This document shows, piece by piece, positions 37,092 to 50,210 of a stretch of DNA of 64,000 bases. Every line of letters begins with the position of its first letter. The stretch's first letter is position 1. Source of the stretch: Acanthaster planci (Eukaryota); assembly GCF_001949145.1 (NCBI RefSeq), contig NW_019091357.1, positions 2,952,859 through 3,016,858 on the forward strand, given 5' to 3'. The notes under the pieces were generated by a model that searched no databases, was not told the origin of the DNA, and saw nothing but the letters and a program-made list of their open reading frames with translations. The translations under genes were made by a program, and so were the position numbers.

Positions 37092-37330
37092 TAGCGGCGC
37101 ATCCAGCTTTCTAGGTGTCGGGAGGGATTCAAAAACGAATGCAGCTTCGGGCTTATTTAATAACGTTTTGGGGAGAAAAAATATCAAAAGCCTTACTCAC
37201 GGTCAGGACATCCTTGCTTCTGTCGTGGTCAGTTGTTTTGTCAGGATTTTAGTGCTAATATTTGTTTAATAAAATGTTCTTATTAATATTTGATTGAACA
37301 ACATAGCCCCCCCCCTCGGATACGCCACTG
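37092..37330. mobile_element. hAT-type MITE, copy B (opposite orientation), inserted in a degenerate GACATCAG tandem array
   Basis: TAGCGGCGCATCC...GGATACGCCACTG ends; ~8-bp GACATCAG-like units flank both sides (37000-37090, 37330-37380). Confidence 0.65.
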
Positions 37331-38654
37331 ACATCAGGACATCGATTATATGTCGAGACATTATCTGCAGGACATCAACGCACGCCTAGGCCTATGTTAT
37401 TAAGTGTCACATTGGGCGCCGGCAACAGACGGCAATCCTTATTAAAACAGGCAGTGAAAAACTGAAAATCATGCTGCTTATGTGAGTGCACGCGTTGATC
37501 CGATGGACGAGGAATGCCCAACACTGTCACGAAATGCAGATACAAAATCTAGAAGACATGTGAGACAGGCAAGAAGTGCTTCGTCGTGGCTAGATTCGTA
37601 CACAAAATAATGGTCGTGAAAACTTGTAAAAAACAAGAGAGGAATGCGCGTACAATTGGACAGAAAATCGCTGGTACCCTGTAATTCCACAGTTCAAAGA
37701 ATATAGCAGTGTCAGCTATGCAAATATAAATGCTGCAAAACGAGGGACGTTCGCTTAAACGTGCTTCGTTGTACCCGGACCCGTGTGAAAGCTTGCCATG
37801 AAATCACAGGCGCTCCCCTTGCGCCAGACACTCGGCGCCCCCTTCGCAGATGTGTGTTTCCAGCGGTTTTTTTTTTAGGGAGGTGGGAGCATGGGGAGGC
37901 TGGGTGGGATGTGTGCGTGTGTGAAAGGGCCTTATCAAGAGAAAGCTATCGGTTGACAGGGTACAGGCGGGCTTCTCAATAAGCGTGCCGCTGAAAATTC
38001 ACACAACCTTGTGAAGGCTGAACACATCAGTCCCCGAACGCGAAGTGTGAAGTTGGCGAAACATGCCCTGCAGCTCGACGACGCAGGTATTCCAAGCAGC
38101 TGCGTCACGTTTAGGGGTCTGAATCGTCTACAGTCATGTCTGGCTGAAAACGGAACGTTCTCAGTGAGAAAAAAAGCATCCTCCAAATCCAAACACAAAC
38201 CGATTCGCAGACCACGACAAAGGTGTGCAGCATGAATGCAAGCGGGAAGTTCCTGCCTGCTTCATGGAGGTGGAATCTGTTTTCTGCCTCCATAGTCTCT
38301 TTGAAGCCCTACCGTCACTCCGCCGCATTTTTAGCCTCCCCTCGTTCGTGACGAATGCCATGCCAGCCGAGGATTGCATGGCAATTTAAACCAAATATTC
38401 CCCTTTTTGTCTACAGTGGGTCAATTTCTGTCCCACTATAGGCCTATATCGAAAATCCCGTCTAAAATTTCACCAACAGTTCCAAGAAAACTTTTGTATT
38501 ATTTTAATACGCTTTAAGATCAGCCACTTTAAGCACGCTTTCCTCCGTATGTATTTCTGCTTAGGAGTACATTCTGCATGTTTAACAAGTTGAAGAGTAG
38601 GGAACAAAAAGTCGATCTATCAGTCAGTTATGCACGTGCAAACCTAAAGGCACG

Positions 38655-38830
38655 GTCCAGGTTCGAATCCCGGCTCGGTCCACATGTGGGTTGCGTTTTC
38701 AGTCCCTACCTGATTCTGTGGGTTTTACCCAGAACTTTCCTCTGGGGTTTTCCTCCCACCTCTAAAACTGTAACTGCTTCTCACTGTCTCCTCTCTACAG
38801 GTTTCTTCAGGCTTGTGAGCTACAGTGCCT
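38655..38830 (+). mobile_element. 5'-truncated tRNA-derived SINE
   Basis: B-box GGTTCGAATCCCGG followed by catgtgggttg..gggtttt..ggttttcctcccacc, typical of metazoan SINE2 bodies. Confidence 0.65.
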
Positions 38831-39848
38831 AGGGCGTTTTTGAGGAACCCTTGGCTCCATTACCAGAAATCATTAATAAAATAATTCACTCATATATGCA
38901 TTATTTTGCAAGTGCATTGGAGTGAGCTATGGCACAGCATTTTCAGGTCATAGGGGGGGGGACCCCCGAAGTCTTTCCCCATATGTCAGTAGCACTGCCG
39001 CGGATTGTTTCGCTTCCTTACTTCCTGGACCCGCTCGTGAAATGAAAACGGAGAAGCGATGGATGCATTCAACTTCGAGTGTGGGTTTATATGGTGGGAA
39101 CACAGTCATTAGAAGGTATTCTAGACATACTGCCGACATCAGAAAGCTAGGCAATCTATAGGAGTCGGAAGCCGCACATTTACCGAAACCCGGTCGAGAA
39201 CCTTTCGAGTTGAGAGTCTGGTCCACTTCTCCGGTTTCGCCGAGACTCGCCCGTCCTTCGTCTGCTTTGGCACCTCCCTTGCGCCTGCGTTATGCGCACC
39301 GCCACCGTGCGCCGGTACTCCCCCGAATTGGTACCCGTTAATAGGGGGAAAAGTATCGCTACGACAAAATGTTGCCAGGGTTTCAGATCTGTTGTGCTAA
39401 CAGGAACAGGAATCGGTCAAATGTTTCATCAATTTGCCGATTTCCCGAACGACAAAGCGGAAAAATAATACCTATAGGCCTTACGGGGACTCCCCTAGTA
39501 GGTTTCTGACCAAGACTATCGTTAATCTTGATTTCTAAGGGAAACAAATCGATAAAAAAACAAATATTTCAAAACCAATATAAAAACTGCCGATATGGTT
39601 TACCGAGAATTTGTCTCTTTTTGGATTGTGATCTTTTTGTATTCGACACAAAGGCCAGTATAACACAACGTGGGCCCGCAACACCAACTATAATCAGAAC
39701 ATCAAGAGAATTACATATGAAGCAAATTATGGGACAGAGAGAACCCCCCCCCGCCTTCATGTTGGTCATTGTTATACTGGTATATCAGGAATGCTTTTCA
39801 GACATCTGGGGGGGGGGTGTTTTAAGTGACGATAGGCTGGAGTTTGTG

Positions 39849-40835
39849 CAGAGTGTCCCAGAAAAAACCAAACCCTAAGGAAAGGGGTAAATATGCCCAA
39901 ACCACCATGAGATATGATTATGATGTATGAGGATCTCCGAAACGTAGAAGCAGTATTCTTTCCAATGATACCTTGATGGTATCCCTCCTGTCATGCATGA
40001 CTGAACACCGTTGTCTTGAAAATGGGGCATCCGAACTCAGTTGTAACACTTTCAGTGAATGAGCTTGTCCTCTGTCATGCTTGTCCTGGTTGACAACAGA
40101 AGGGCATGTTAGTGAGAGAAGATTGCCTTTTGTCACTTTTAAGTTATGCAATAGTCTGGTTTAAATGTGTTGACTTGCCCCAGGGGAGTCCAGTGCAGTG
40201 TTGAAAAGTGTTCGAGGCAGGACAGCAAGTATGCAACATGGTGCCACTTACCGAAGAGCAAAGAGTGAATGTCTTGACGAAATTTCTTGAAAACAAGAGC
40301 TTTCAAGCCACCCAAGCTGCATTTAGGGAAGCCTTCCCTGATAGGGATCCACCGGCAAAGTCGACCGTGTGGGAAAATGTGCGCAGATACCGAGAACATG
40401 GGACAAGCCTAAATTGGAATAAGGGTCATTCGGAAGGAGGCGCACAGTGCGAACTCCTGAAAACTTTGCTGCAGTTCGACAGCAACTTGTCGAACAGCCA
40501 AGGGGAACAAGTTGCAGGAGGAATGGACTTGGACACGCGGAAGGTGTACATCGGTGCATAATTAACTGTGAAGTACGTAATGTGTAAATAATTGGTGTGC
40601 CCCTGATATCTTATCCAGGACAAGCATGACAGAGGACAACCTCATTCACTGGTTTTCTCCAAAGTGTTACAACTGAGTTCCCATGCCCCATTTTCAAGAC
40701 AATGGTGTTCAGTCATGCATGACAGGAGGGATACTGCTTCTACTTTTCGGAGATCCTCAAACATTATAATCATATTTCATGGTTTGGGCATATGAACCCC
40801 TTTCCTCAGGGTTTGGTTTTTTTCTGGACACCCTG
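39849..40835 (+). mobile_element. Internally deleted Tc1/mariner element (DUF4817-type HTH) with ~230-bp TIRs
   Basis: TIRs CAG(A/G)GTGTCC..AAACCCT(A/G)AGGAAAGGGG, TA on the right flank. The ORF from 40238 (MVPLTEEQRV..FREAFPDRDPPAKSTVWENVRRYREHGT..GHS/GRRRTVRTPEN) is frameshifted and truncated before the catalytic domain. Confidence 0.88.
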
Positions 40836-40900
40836 TATAGGGATTGGACTTCTTGGGGGGTAATCCTCTGTCCCATTTCGTGCCTGATATAGAGAATTTA

Positions 40901-41075
40901 TATACCGGTGATTCACAAAAGTGCGCCTCCAAGAGTTTGCAATGCGTTGGCCAATCACAATGCACGAAATTTGTCGATCCTTTCAAACGCGCATTGGGTC
41001 GACTGATTTGGGGCAATATGATTGGCCAGTGCGTTGAAAACTCTGGGAGGCGCTCTATTATGAAACGCCTGTATT
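40901..41075. mobile_element. Palindromic MITE, copy 2 (more diverged)
   Basis: gattcacaaaagtgcgcctccaagagtttgcaa is shared exactly with 26900-26932; the spacer is in the opposite orientation. Confidence 0.8.
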
Positions 41076-43074
41076 CCATGCAATGACAAAGTATGGTGTT
41101 TTCCACGGGTCATTCAGGACAAAGCAGGTGCATGAGACCGCGTGGGGCCGCGATGATAGGGCAGTGACCTCGCACTCACGTCCGGATGACCTCGGACGGG
41201 CTTCATTGTGAGTATGCGCGGTTGGAATACTGAAGGGGCTCCTTGGGGACAAAACGAAGTAGGCCTAACTAAGCACCAAAATCGGTTCGAAGAGATATTG
41301 TGATTATTTCAACCCCACAACATCTTTTCTAGGGCTCAAACTTCATCCTCTTAGCTGTGAAAAAAATACCAAAAACGCCACATTAATGTTCATGATTTTG
41401 TGTTTCTCTTCGCACGACAAGCTGTAATTTTGATGAATGCGTCTTCAAAGTGGCGCATACAAGTACAACCCCTCAGAATATTACGCTCAACAACTAACAA
41501 ATAAATACGTGAAGCAGTACAGTACATATCAAATAACCGTAAGCCGAAAATGGAACAGGTGGAAAACGTTTTCCAGCCAAACAGTTATTGGAAAGGATAA
41601 CAGAAAACACAACAGTAATTTCTGGTGATAGTAATGATTGTAGAATTTAGCTACAAGCAGCATCTGGGTATGCGGGCGAGGAATGAGCACTAGTATATAG
41701 TTGAATATACTGTAACTTTGAAGAGGGTCCCCCTTCCCAGCTTTTGTTTCCCCCACACCAGCTAGAAATAATGATTTCATACTTTTGATATCAATATGCA
41801 CGACATGATTCCGACGTTTTGATTCGATTCAGTATCGCATCAGGTCACGCTGCTCTGGAGTCATTATAACCATGTGCCGACCCAACTCTGAAGGTCCGGC
41901 AACGAACCGATACAAAATTGTGCAACGAGCTGAACGGAACGGAGGAAGGTCTCGACACTTTCGTTCATGGTGGATCATCTGACTCACAGAACACACAAAA
42001 AAAGTTAATACGTGCAGACGCTTTGGCGTGTCCAGCGGACAAATGCCCCCTCCCCCAAATGCGCACTTCCTATCTCTATGAGCCACTGAATGGTAACTAA
42101 CCGGGAGAATTGGACCGCATGCGGCGGCGAACGGTCGGGTGAGAGCGGGCCACGTGCGCCGCTTCCCTCTCCGATAAAAAAAGTAATGATTACTCGAGCA
42201 AATTTCTTTCTAATTGCTGCTCTCTGCTCCACTTGCGCCCATCCGTGGTTGCCTCCAGTGACTGTTACAATGAAGTCGGACATGACTGCCTCGTTACCCT
42301 CCTTTCTCCTTCCTGAAATTCACGAAAGCCAGAGGGTTTGAAGGCGGGAAAGTGGGCAATTGAAGGTATTGTATAAATTCACGGGGCAGTAAATTCTGGC
42401 CATGAGCACGAGCCACGCCAGAGCATTGAGCATGGTGATTTTAGAGGATTATGCCAGAATTAAGGGTCCCAATATGTTGCTGACGCGCCCTGAGGGCACG
42501 CTGCAGGAGGCAGCATAACTCTTAAAAAAAAACGCGTGTAGTTTTTTAATAGCCCACAACCATCTTTTCCATGTTCAAGTTGAACGAAATGGGGCTGCGC
42601 CCGAAGACAACAGCGGCTGGAAATAACACATGCGGCTATGAAAGTCACGCATGGTCTGGCGTCTGCAGCCACTCCCGTTAAAAGTGTGTGTCAAAGTCCT
42701 AGCCGCAGGCAACTGAATTGGACAATGGCTTAATAACACTGTTCCTACTAAAGCAGTCATTAAACATAATCTCGATTGGAGGACAAGTCCCGTGGAAAGG
42801 GAGAATTATTTTTTCCATTGCTTAAAATGCTGCTTCGAGGAGACAAAAAAGCTCGATGCAAAACCTGTGTTTAGCGATGAAACGCTTTTTAAAAAGACAC
42901 TTTCTTGCTATCCCTTTATGAACATGTTTCAGTGCTGAACATGTCGAGTTTAAGCCATTGGAACTTGTTGTTTGGGGATTCGACACCATCGAGATTAGTG
43001 ACAGCAAGATAACATTCCATATCTAAACACAGTTTTTGAGGGAGAAACATGCTTTGATTTTTGAATTCCATGAG

Positions 43075-43177
43075 CAGTGGCGTAGCCAGGTGCTTCCCAG
43101 AAGGGGATGGGCAAGGGGGGGGGAGAGTTCCCCGGGGGACGTCAGTTACCCCCTTTCCCCTTTTGCCTACGCCACTG
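43075..43177. mobile_element. Short hAT-type MITE
   Basis: CAGTGGCGTAG ... CTACGCCACTG; flanks tccatgag / tttatgag resemble a degenerate 8-bp TSD. Confidence 0.65.
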
Positions 43178-44559
43178 TTTATGAGCTATAAACAAACGGA
43201 CAGAATGTCAACGAACAGAATGATGGCGCGTTCTATATACCAACATTCTGAGACGCAATTATTACCCTGCCAGTGAACTTTTGGAATGAACCATTTCCGT
43301 GATCCGTGCTCTCCCCCTTTTCACGTCAGGATCCACCCCCGTATGGACACCCCGCCTTGAGAGAGCGTTTCGGTCGTCAGGATACTGCAAGAGTTTTGTC
43401 GGGACTGGAAACGAAAGCTCCGCACTTGCGTGGCGTGCCGGTGGCGAGGGTAAGGCCCAGAGACCGAGAGACGGACGGGACATATTTTTCGCTCCTTTCT
43501 GCCCAGGTTCCCTGGCCTCAAAATATCCATTTTCAACTTCTGACACTCGTTCGGCTGCAAATGGCAAGCTGTAGTGTCCCTCTATGAATGAATCATCCCT
43601 TTCGCGGAAAGGGGGAAACAAAAGCATGGCCCGATAACAAACCCACTTCACCTTCGGCACATACCCGCTAACTTCTATCGGCGTGTTTGGTATACCGGCA
43701 GGCCATGCTTTAGTCAAGGCCGTTCCAAGTTCAAGTGATTCCAAACGGTGCGGTCCGCGCTCGGCGTGTTTACTTTTCATTTCACGCCCGCAGCGTGTCC
43801 AGAGAAGCCGTTGGGGTATACCGTTTTGCCCGGCGTGAGCAGTTTTCGGCAAAAATGAATAAGCGGCTGTAGTAGGCCTACTTTTACTTTCCATTTCAGT
43901 GTTTGTTTGTCTCTAGGAAGAGAGAGGAGAGAGCTACACCATCGTCAGTGTACTTGACATGCGCGTAGTAGGCCTACACACCCGCTTTCGTTCTTCTTAT
44001 CTCGAGCCCTGCTTGGCTAATCAGTATGACCGTGATTTTGACTGGTGTGATTTTGTCTCCCTTTTGATGAGTCAGATTCTGCTTGTTACAACAAACCTGT
44101 CCCAAGGACGTGTGCATTTTGTGGCAACCGGGTTTCTTTGAGCGTCATCGGTCATGCGACTTGTCTCCTTGACGGGGGCGTGGCAACAAGGTCGGGTATA
44201 CCGGTAACTTTAGAGTCCGCTCACGATTACAAAAGAAAACAAGAACAAAAACACAGCCACCTGTCGCGATCGAAAACAATACCGCGACGTGCGTTAATCG
44301 ATCACTGATAAGTCTTGTTCCACTTTCGGAAAATGAAATATAATTTTAGCGCACTCCGATAATTCTGAGCTCGAACCAAGGTTTTGAATTGTGCCCGGGA
44401 AATTAGGACGTAAGCTTCTGCACCTAACAGGGAGAGAAGCGCTGGTCGATATTATAAGCCTGATTACAAAAGAGGCGTTTATATCACTTAACAGGATAGA
44501 ACAAGGAAGTGCCTTCGACTCCCAGTCAGGAATGTGTGACGAAGTAGATTAAGAACAAT

Positions 44560-44802
44560 GGTCGTTTTGCAATACTCAACTTGGGCTCCGTCTCAGGCTT
44601 CAACTTTTTTTTTTACTAGCTGATTTTGAAGCTGTAAGCGCAGTAATCAGTCTAGCAGTGCCACAGAACATCAAATAAGATGCAAGAAAGCCAAAAATTA
44701 CAGTAATCCAATGTAATTTGAACGCTTCAGGCCCACAATCGGGGATTGATTTTGAGAACGAAGCCTGAGACAGAAACGAAGTTGAGTATTGGAAAACGGA
44801 CC
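44560..44802. mobile_element. PIF/Harbinger-type MITE, copy 2
   Basis: Same family as 22491-22734; 3-bp TSD AAT on both sides. Confidence 0.85.
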
Positions 44803-46239
44803 AATGTTGTCTTCGACTGTTACTTTCCTAATGGTGTGTGTCACCCATCCAGCGGTGCAAAGTGTGTAGCACACGTACAGCGCTATTAGATTATATTTGG
44901 ATGGTCGACGGCATGAGAACATAACTCCCGAATGAGAGATAAGAGGAGTTCGTGGGATCTTTAAACTGGCTTGACGTTTCTGATTTCATATCAATAAAGT
45001 TTTACTGAACAGATTGCTCTGGCTTAATAAGATAAATTGGCGTCTGTTGTGCATTCCAAAGTGGGGGATGTTTATAAAATACCCTCCTTGCCTAGGGTAT
45101 ACAATCACGCCACGACCCCAATAAAATGCCGCCAAGGATTGCAAACAATCCTCACGATGTTGACAGATTAAAGATTTAGTCTTATTTTGATAAACCCCCA
45201 AACTGGATGGCAGGAGTGGAGGCAGGAATGGCCAAGATGCATGACAACGGTCACACGAGTGACAAAGTTGAATGACAACGACAAAGACGACCAAGTTGAT
45301 AGTGGAAAACAGGGGAGAATGAGACGAACTCGATGTGGGGGGGGTCACGTGTATGTAGCCTACGTTTTCCTTCCGTTGAACGTGCGGAAGTTAGGATTTA
45401 AAACAGGCGCGGTGGTCACTCCACCAGACCCCCGTAAATCATACGGGAAAGTCACTGCCAAAATGCCTACTCTCATCCCTCCTCCACCTTCGTATTCTTC
45501 CGCCATACTGAGACCATTCCTTCGTTCATGCGCAGACCAACGGCCGGTGACGCACATACCAGCCGGACGCGTATAACATGCGCATTATTACGGCAGCGTA
45601 CATGAACGTGTCGTTCACATGCAATAGGCCTAGATACATGTACATGTACATGTAACGCCGGGGCTATGTGACTTTGTACGCCTCTTCGCATGTTGGGATG
45701 GCAAACTGACCCGGGTTGCAACTATAAACTTCTTGTAAATTGAATATTTTTTGTCTTCGCCTTTCGTTCTCGAAGATCTGAATAATTACGACCGCAAGGG
45801 CATACGATTAATGCGGGAATGAACGTATTACTACCAGAAAATCGACGTTGAGTTTTGGTTAACACTCAAGCATTTCCAGTTGAGTAGAGAAAAAAATCTT
45901 GCTCAAAACTGTTAACGGATCTGAAACCTTCACACTTTTCTCCTTTACAACTCCATTTTGAAAATATCAGGAAAACTCAAAATTCTTGATTTTAGACCTT
46001 CAAAAATCATGCCAACACTAGAGCGAAAAGTATAGCCTCCTGTTCATGAAAAGAGCTTTGGAAAAAATCACTAGTTTTGTTCACTCTGTTATTATTTTAA
46101 AAGTGAAAAAAGACGTTAATTTCACGAAATGAAACAACTGCGCGCATGACACCAATTCTCATAATCCTCATAACGTGTACAAATAACCATCAAGATGAGT
46201 CATGCGCAGTTCCCATTGAAACCGAGGGAAGGAAACAAA

Positions 46240-47050
46240 TGACACGATCACTCACATGATCGTAAAGCTGCGAAACTTCCACGCTCTAGCTTCCAATATC
46301 CACGGGTGAACAATTGACCCACAAGAGTGTGCCGGTGATCACTCGGAGAGAGATTCCCACACAGCCTGGCTCGGATGTGCCAAGAAGAGCAAATACTGGC
46401 TATTATCCCCGGGCGCGGAGCCCCGCTGCAGGGCCTGAACCCGGAGACGGTGCGGTCAACATTGGCCGCGTGGATTCGTTTGAACACCCTCCGCCGGCGA
46501 TGTCGCGAACCCACGCCGCTCTACACGCGCAACGCGCTGGGCCGTGCTTGTCGCAGCCCGGGGCCCAGGGTCCCCTCGTCTTAGCCAGGGTACCCCCAGG
46601 GGCCTGAGCTACAAGTAGCCGGTCACGTGCGGCGGTTACCGCGACATATCCCTGTGTCAACTGGCACGCGTGGTTGGGGGCTCGCGGCTTTGTAGTGACC
46701 CGCCGGCGACGGGCCTAGCTTTGCCGCGGGGAAGCGACACGCGACCGCTACTTTTTTTGTTTTCCTACGGAAACTAACCGATTCTAAACAACCGTCAGAC
46801 AGAGGTTGCGTGGCGGTCAAGTAGCCTCCTGGGACGTTGAGAACATCGGTAGGTCACAGTGGATTCACCCACTGTGCGCCTGCACAACCCCGACCCTGTT
46901 TGTCGTACCTGACTTCAAAACGCCGTTGAACAAGTCACCAGGTAGTTCTCTCGTGAGGATTATGTAGGCGAGCTTCATTAAGGAAGGCAGCTGAACAAAC
47001 GGTCCCGCCCCTCTAACGCCTTGCACCAGTCCCGTGCAGTGCGACACACA
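46240..47050. promoter_or_regulatory. GC/CpG-dense island, candidate cis-regulatory element or unannotated promoter
   Basis: Highest GC/CpG density in the window by eye, with no repeat signature and no recognisable protein in any frame. Confidence 0.35.
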
Positions 47051-48867
47051 TGCCTATCTATACAAGTAATCAATTTTTAGCGCCCATTTCGTTCATGTTT
47101 GAAACGTCCACAAAGGTGCCAAATGAGTTTTCAAATCTGAGGGTAGTTTCTCCACACCGAAAGGCAAATTCGGTCCCTACAATAATTATCTAAAGACACT
47201 GATTCGAAAATAATGAAGAAGTCCTTCCCGCGTTACTGATTTTACTGCGCAGCTGAATCAACTACCAATGTACAGTTGACTCCTAGTTGCTACAGATATG
47301 CTCAAACTTCAACCGATGGGAATAATATTTAATAATTAAGTGGAAAGTGAAAACAATTGTCATTTACGGTGATTTCCCATTCCAGACGGTCCCAATAGTA
47401 CAAGGTTTTTCGAAAGAATGTTATTGCATGTTATTCGCCGGTTAGAGTAGATGTGCCCTGTCAAAATGCAGGAACGATCTAACAATGACAGTCAATGTGA
47501 CGAACTGTGAATATTGCTTCTGACGGGATACAGATGTCGTGCGGCAAATGGAATGAAACCCACAGGAAAGGAAACGTCTTTGTCCCCAGAGAACACAAAA
47601 ACTGTATATTCATCGGGTGCGTTTTGTGGCGGAAAATAAAAACCACTTTGACATTCTAAAATCGTGTCAGCTAGGCTTTGGAGTGTTTCTTTTACTCTGC
47701 AATTTTAGATTCAGACAGAACGAATTTAATTAGAGCTAGTTATTTTTAGTAACAAAGGTTTTCCTAAGTGTAATGCGTGTTGTTTGAGCGTGGACATTTG
47801 ACATATAGACCTGCTTAAAAAAAGGTCTTCAAAAGAAGTATCCAGCATTAGTAAGTTTTTGAAGTTTGCAATAACGAAAGCCCGCAATAGGCTTACGCAA
47901 AAGGTTTATGTTGTTCAGATATGACAAATGCCGTGTCACAAGCAAGATGCGCGCATTGTGAAAACCGGTCAATGTACGCGATGTCCATTTGTCGGGTTAA
48001 AAAGGGAAAGAAAACCTCGGGGAGAACATTTAGGTCAGAGACTCTACTTTCGCATGACTGGCTCTAGGTAATTTATATATTACTTGATGTGAAAAATATC
48101 AATTCCTCAGAACTCAACAGAAATAATAAAGAAACACGATTAAGTTTTTTTTTTAAATGTGTGTTTTTCACAAAATATTTAAGATATCTCTTGCTGTCTC
48201 TGCCAGCTGAGGGCGCTGTTGCTGTGATGTCATTAAATATAAGGCACAGTCTCCATAGTTCGGGGCTTTTTTCTGTACCGATTACAGGAACTGCATATAT
48301 AACGTGCAAGACATTTTTAAGTCTGTTTAAAACAACTATCCTTTTAGAAACAAACGTTCCAACATGATCAATATGATCAGCCCATTTCATTTTACTGTCA
48401 ATGTACACGCCAAGAGATATTTATAAGTAGCGAATTGTTCGAAACGATTGCCATCTACAAAAATATCAATGTAGGCCTATGGATGCTCACACCAAGCATG
48501 TTTTGGGGCTGAGCCAATCTACATACTTTTGCACTTAGTATTAAGTTTTAATCTGTTGTCATTGAGCCAAGTGAATATTTTTTGCAGGCCATCGTTTAAG
48601 CACTGGTTAGCCTAATCTGGTGAATATCTTTTACTTAAATAAAAAATGGCTGCGTCCTCAGCACAGAAAATAGCAGTGGACCACAAATGGTACTCTGTGG
48701 CACTCCAACATTGATATTAGATTTGTTTGACAAGGTGTTCCCAATACTTGTGTCCTTTTGACGAGTTAAGACCAGAACCAGTCGAGTTCCAGACCTCTGA
48801 CACCCGTACCCAAAAGGTGTAATTTTTTAGGCAAGATGATATGATTGATTGTGTCGGAAGCTTACCT

Positions 48868-49850
48868 GCTCTCAGAATGGTAAAAATGCAGATTTTACGT
48901 TCTGGTGATATGCAATTTCCACTTTTCTACTTTTCTGCCACCACAAAAAGCAGAACGAACATTGTTTGGTTATGCATTTTGCTATTTTTCTGCTTTCCTG
49001 ATTCAAGAAAAGCAGATTTGCTTTTTCTTCCTTCGCTGGCGGCTGAAAAGCGGCCACCTGCTTTTCTCCTTTCGAATAGGCAGAAATGAGGATCGAACGT
49101 TTTGACAATAACCGTGAATTCTACGTTTTTCCTTTTTTATTCCGGGGGAGCAATTTTACACAGGCGGCCGAAAAGTGGCCATCTGCTTTTCTGCCTTCCA
49201 AAGGCCGTGAAGGGGGTTGTGAACCTCAGGTTATGACCATTTCCTTTCTGGGCACTGAAGAGGTATAAACTAATAATTACATTCCACCCTATCTTTTATA
49301 ACGAAGGATTCACATGTTTTCCTTGACCCAAGCAAGCTTGTGTGCCCATTGGAAGATAGCTGTAAAACTGTATTTCCTTTGAGATGCTGTTTTCTCTGCC
49401 TCATAGGTCTGCAGAAAGCTTGGTTAAGTATTGGTTTATATAGGTCTTCACTCCCCCAGAACGGAAATGGTCGTATCCTACAAGTTCATGACCCCATTTA
49501 CGGGCCATTGAGGACAGAAAAGCAGTTGGCCACTTTTCGGCTACCTATGTAAAATCTGCTTCCCCAGCATCACAAAAGCAGAAAAGTTGAATTTACGGTT
49601 CTCGTCAAAACGTTCAGTCCACTTTCCTGCTTGTTTGACAGGTAAAAAGCAGATGGCCACTTTTCGGCCGCCATTGTAGTAGCAGAAAAGCCGAAAAATG
49701 CATTACAACAAAATGGTCATTCTGCTTTTTAGTTAACAGAAAAGTAGAAAAATCAATAATTGCATTTTACAATGACGTAAAATCTGCTTTTCTATATTCT
49801 GATAGCAGAAAAGCAGATGGCCACTTTTGGTCGTCCATATTTACGAAGAT
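48868..49850. mobile_element. ~1-kb foldback (long imperfect palindrome) element inserted in the LINE
   Basis: 48869-49290 is the diverged reverse complement of ~49420-49805, built from repeated GAAAAGTGGCCATCTGCTTTT modules. Confidence 0.8.
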
Positions 49851-50210
49851 CTGGAAATGGTGCTCCAATTGAGTAAAAAAATAAAGAAAAGCCGTTTGTG
49901 TCGAGTTAAAAGGTCTGAAGCATGACTGCCACTGTACTAAACAATCATTTACTGTAAGAAAATCAGAAAACTGATTATAAACAATACGCTCAAATAATTT
50001 CACGACAATTGAAAGTGCTGAAAGAGATCGGTATTGATGAGGGTCGTAAATATCATCTCCTTTGTGAACTAGGGTAACCTTAGCCAATTACTTCCAGCAG
50101 CAGTCCTCAAACTTCATTGGAAAATAAAAGCAAGCGGTTTAGCACGGACATTAGCACCAGATTTTAAGAACCAGTCATGAATCCCATCCATACCCAGATT
50201 TCCCAGTTCT

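Noticed and set aside
43262..43894. 210-aa ORF, the longest gap-free ORF in the track
   Set aside because: No recognisable domain and no splice context; overlapping ORFs in several frames indicate GC-rich non-coding DNA.
48828..48848. AGGCAAGATG resembles the miR-31 5' end
   Set aside because: The match stops after 10 nt, there is no hairpin, and it lies in antisense LINE RT sequence.
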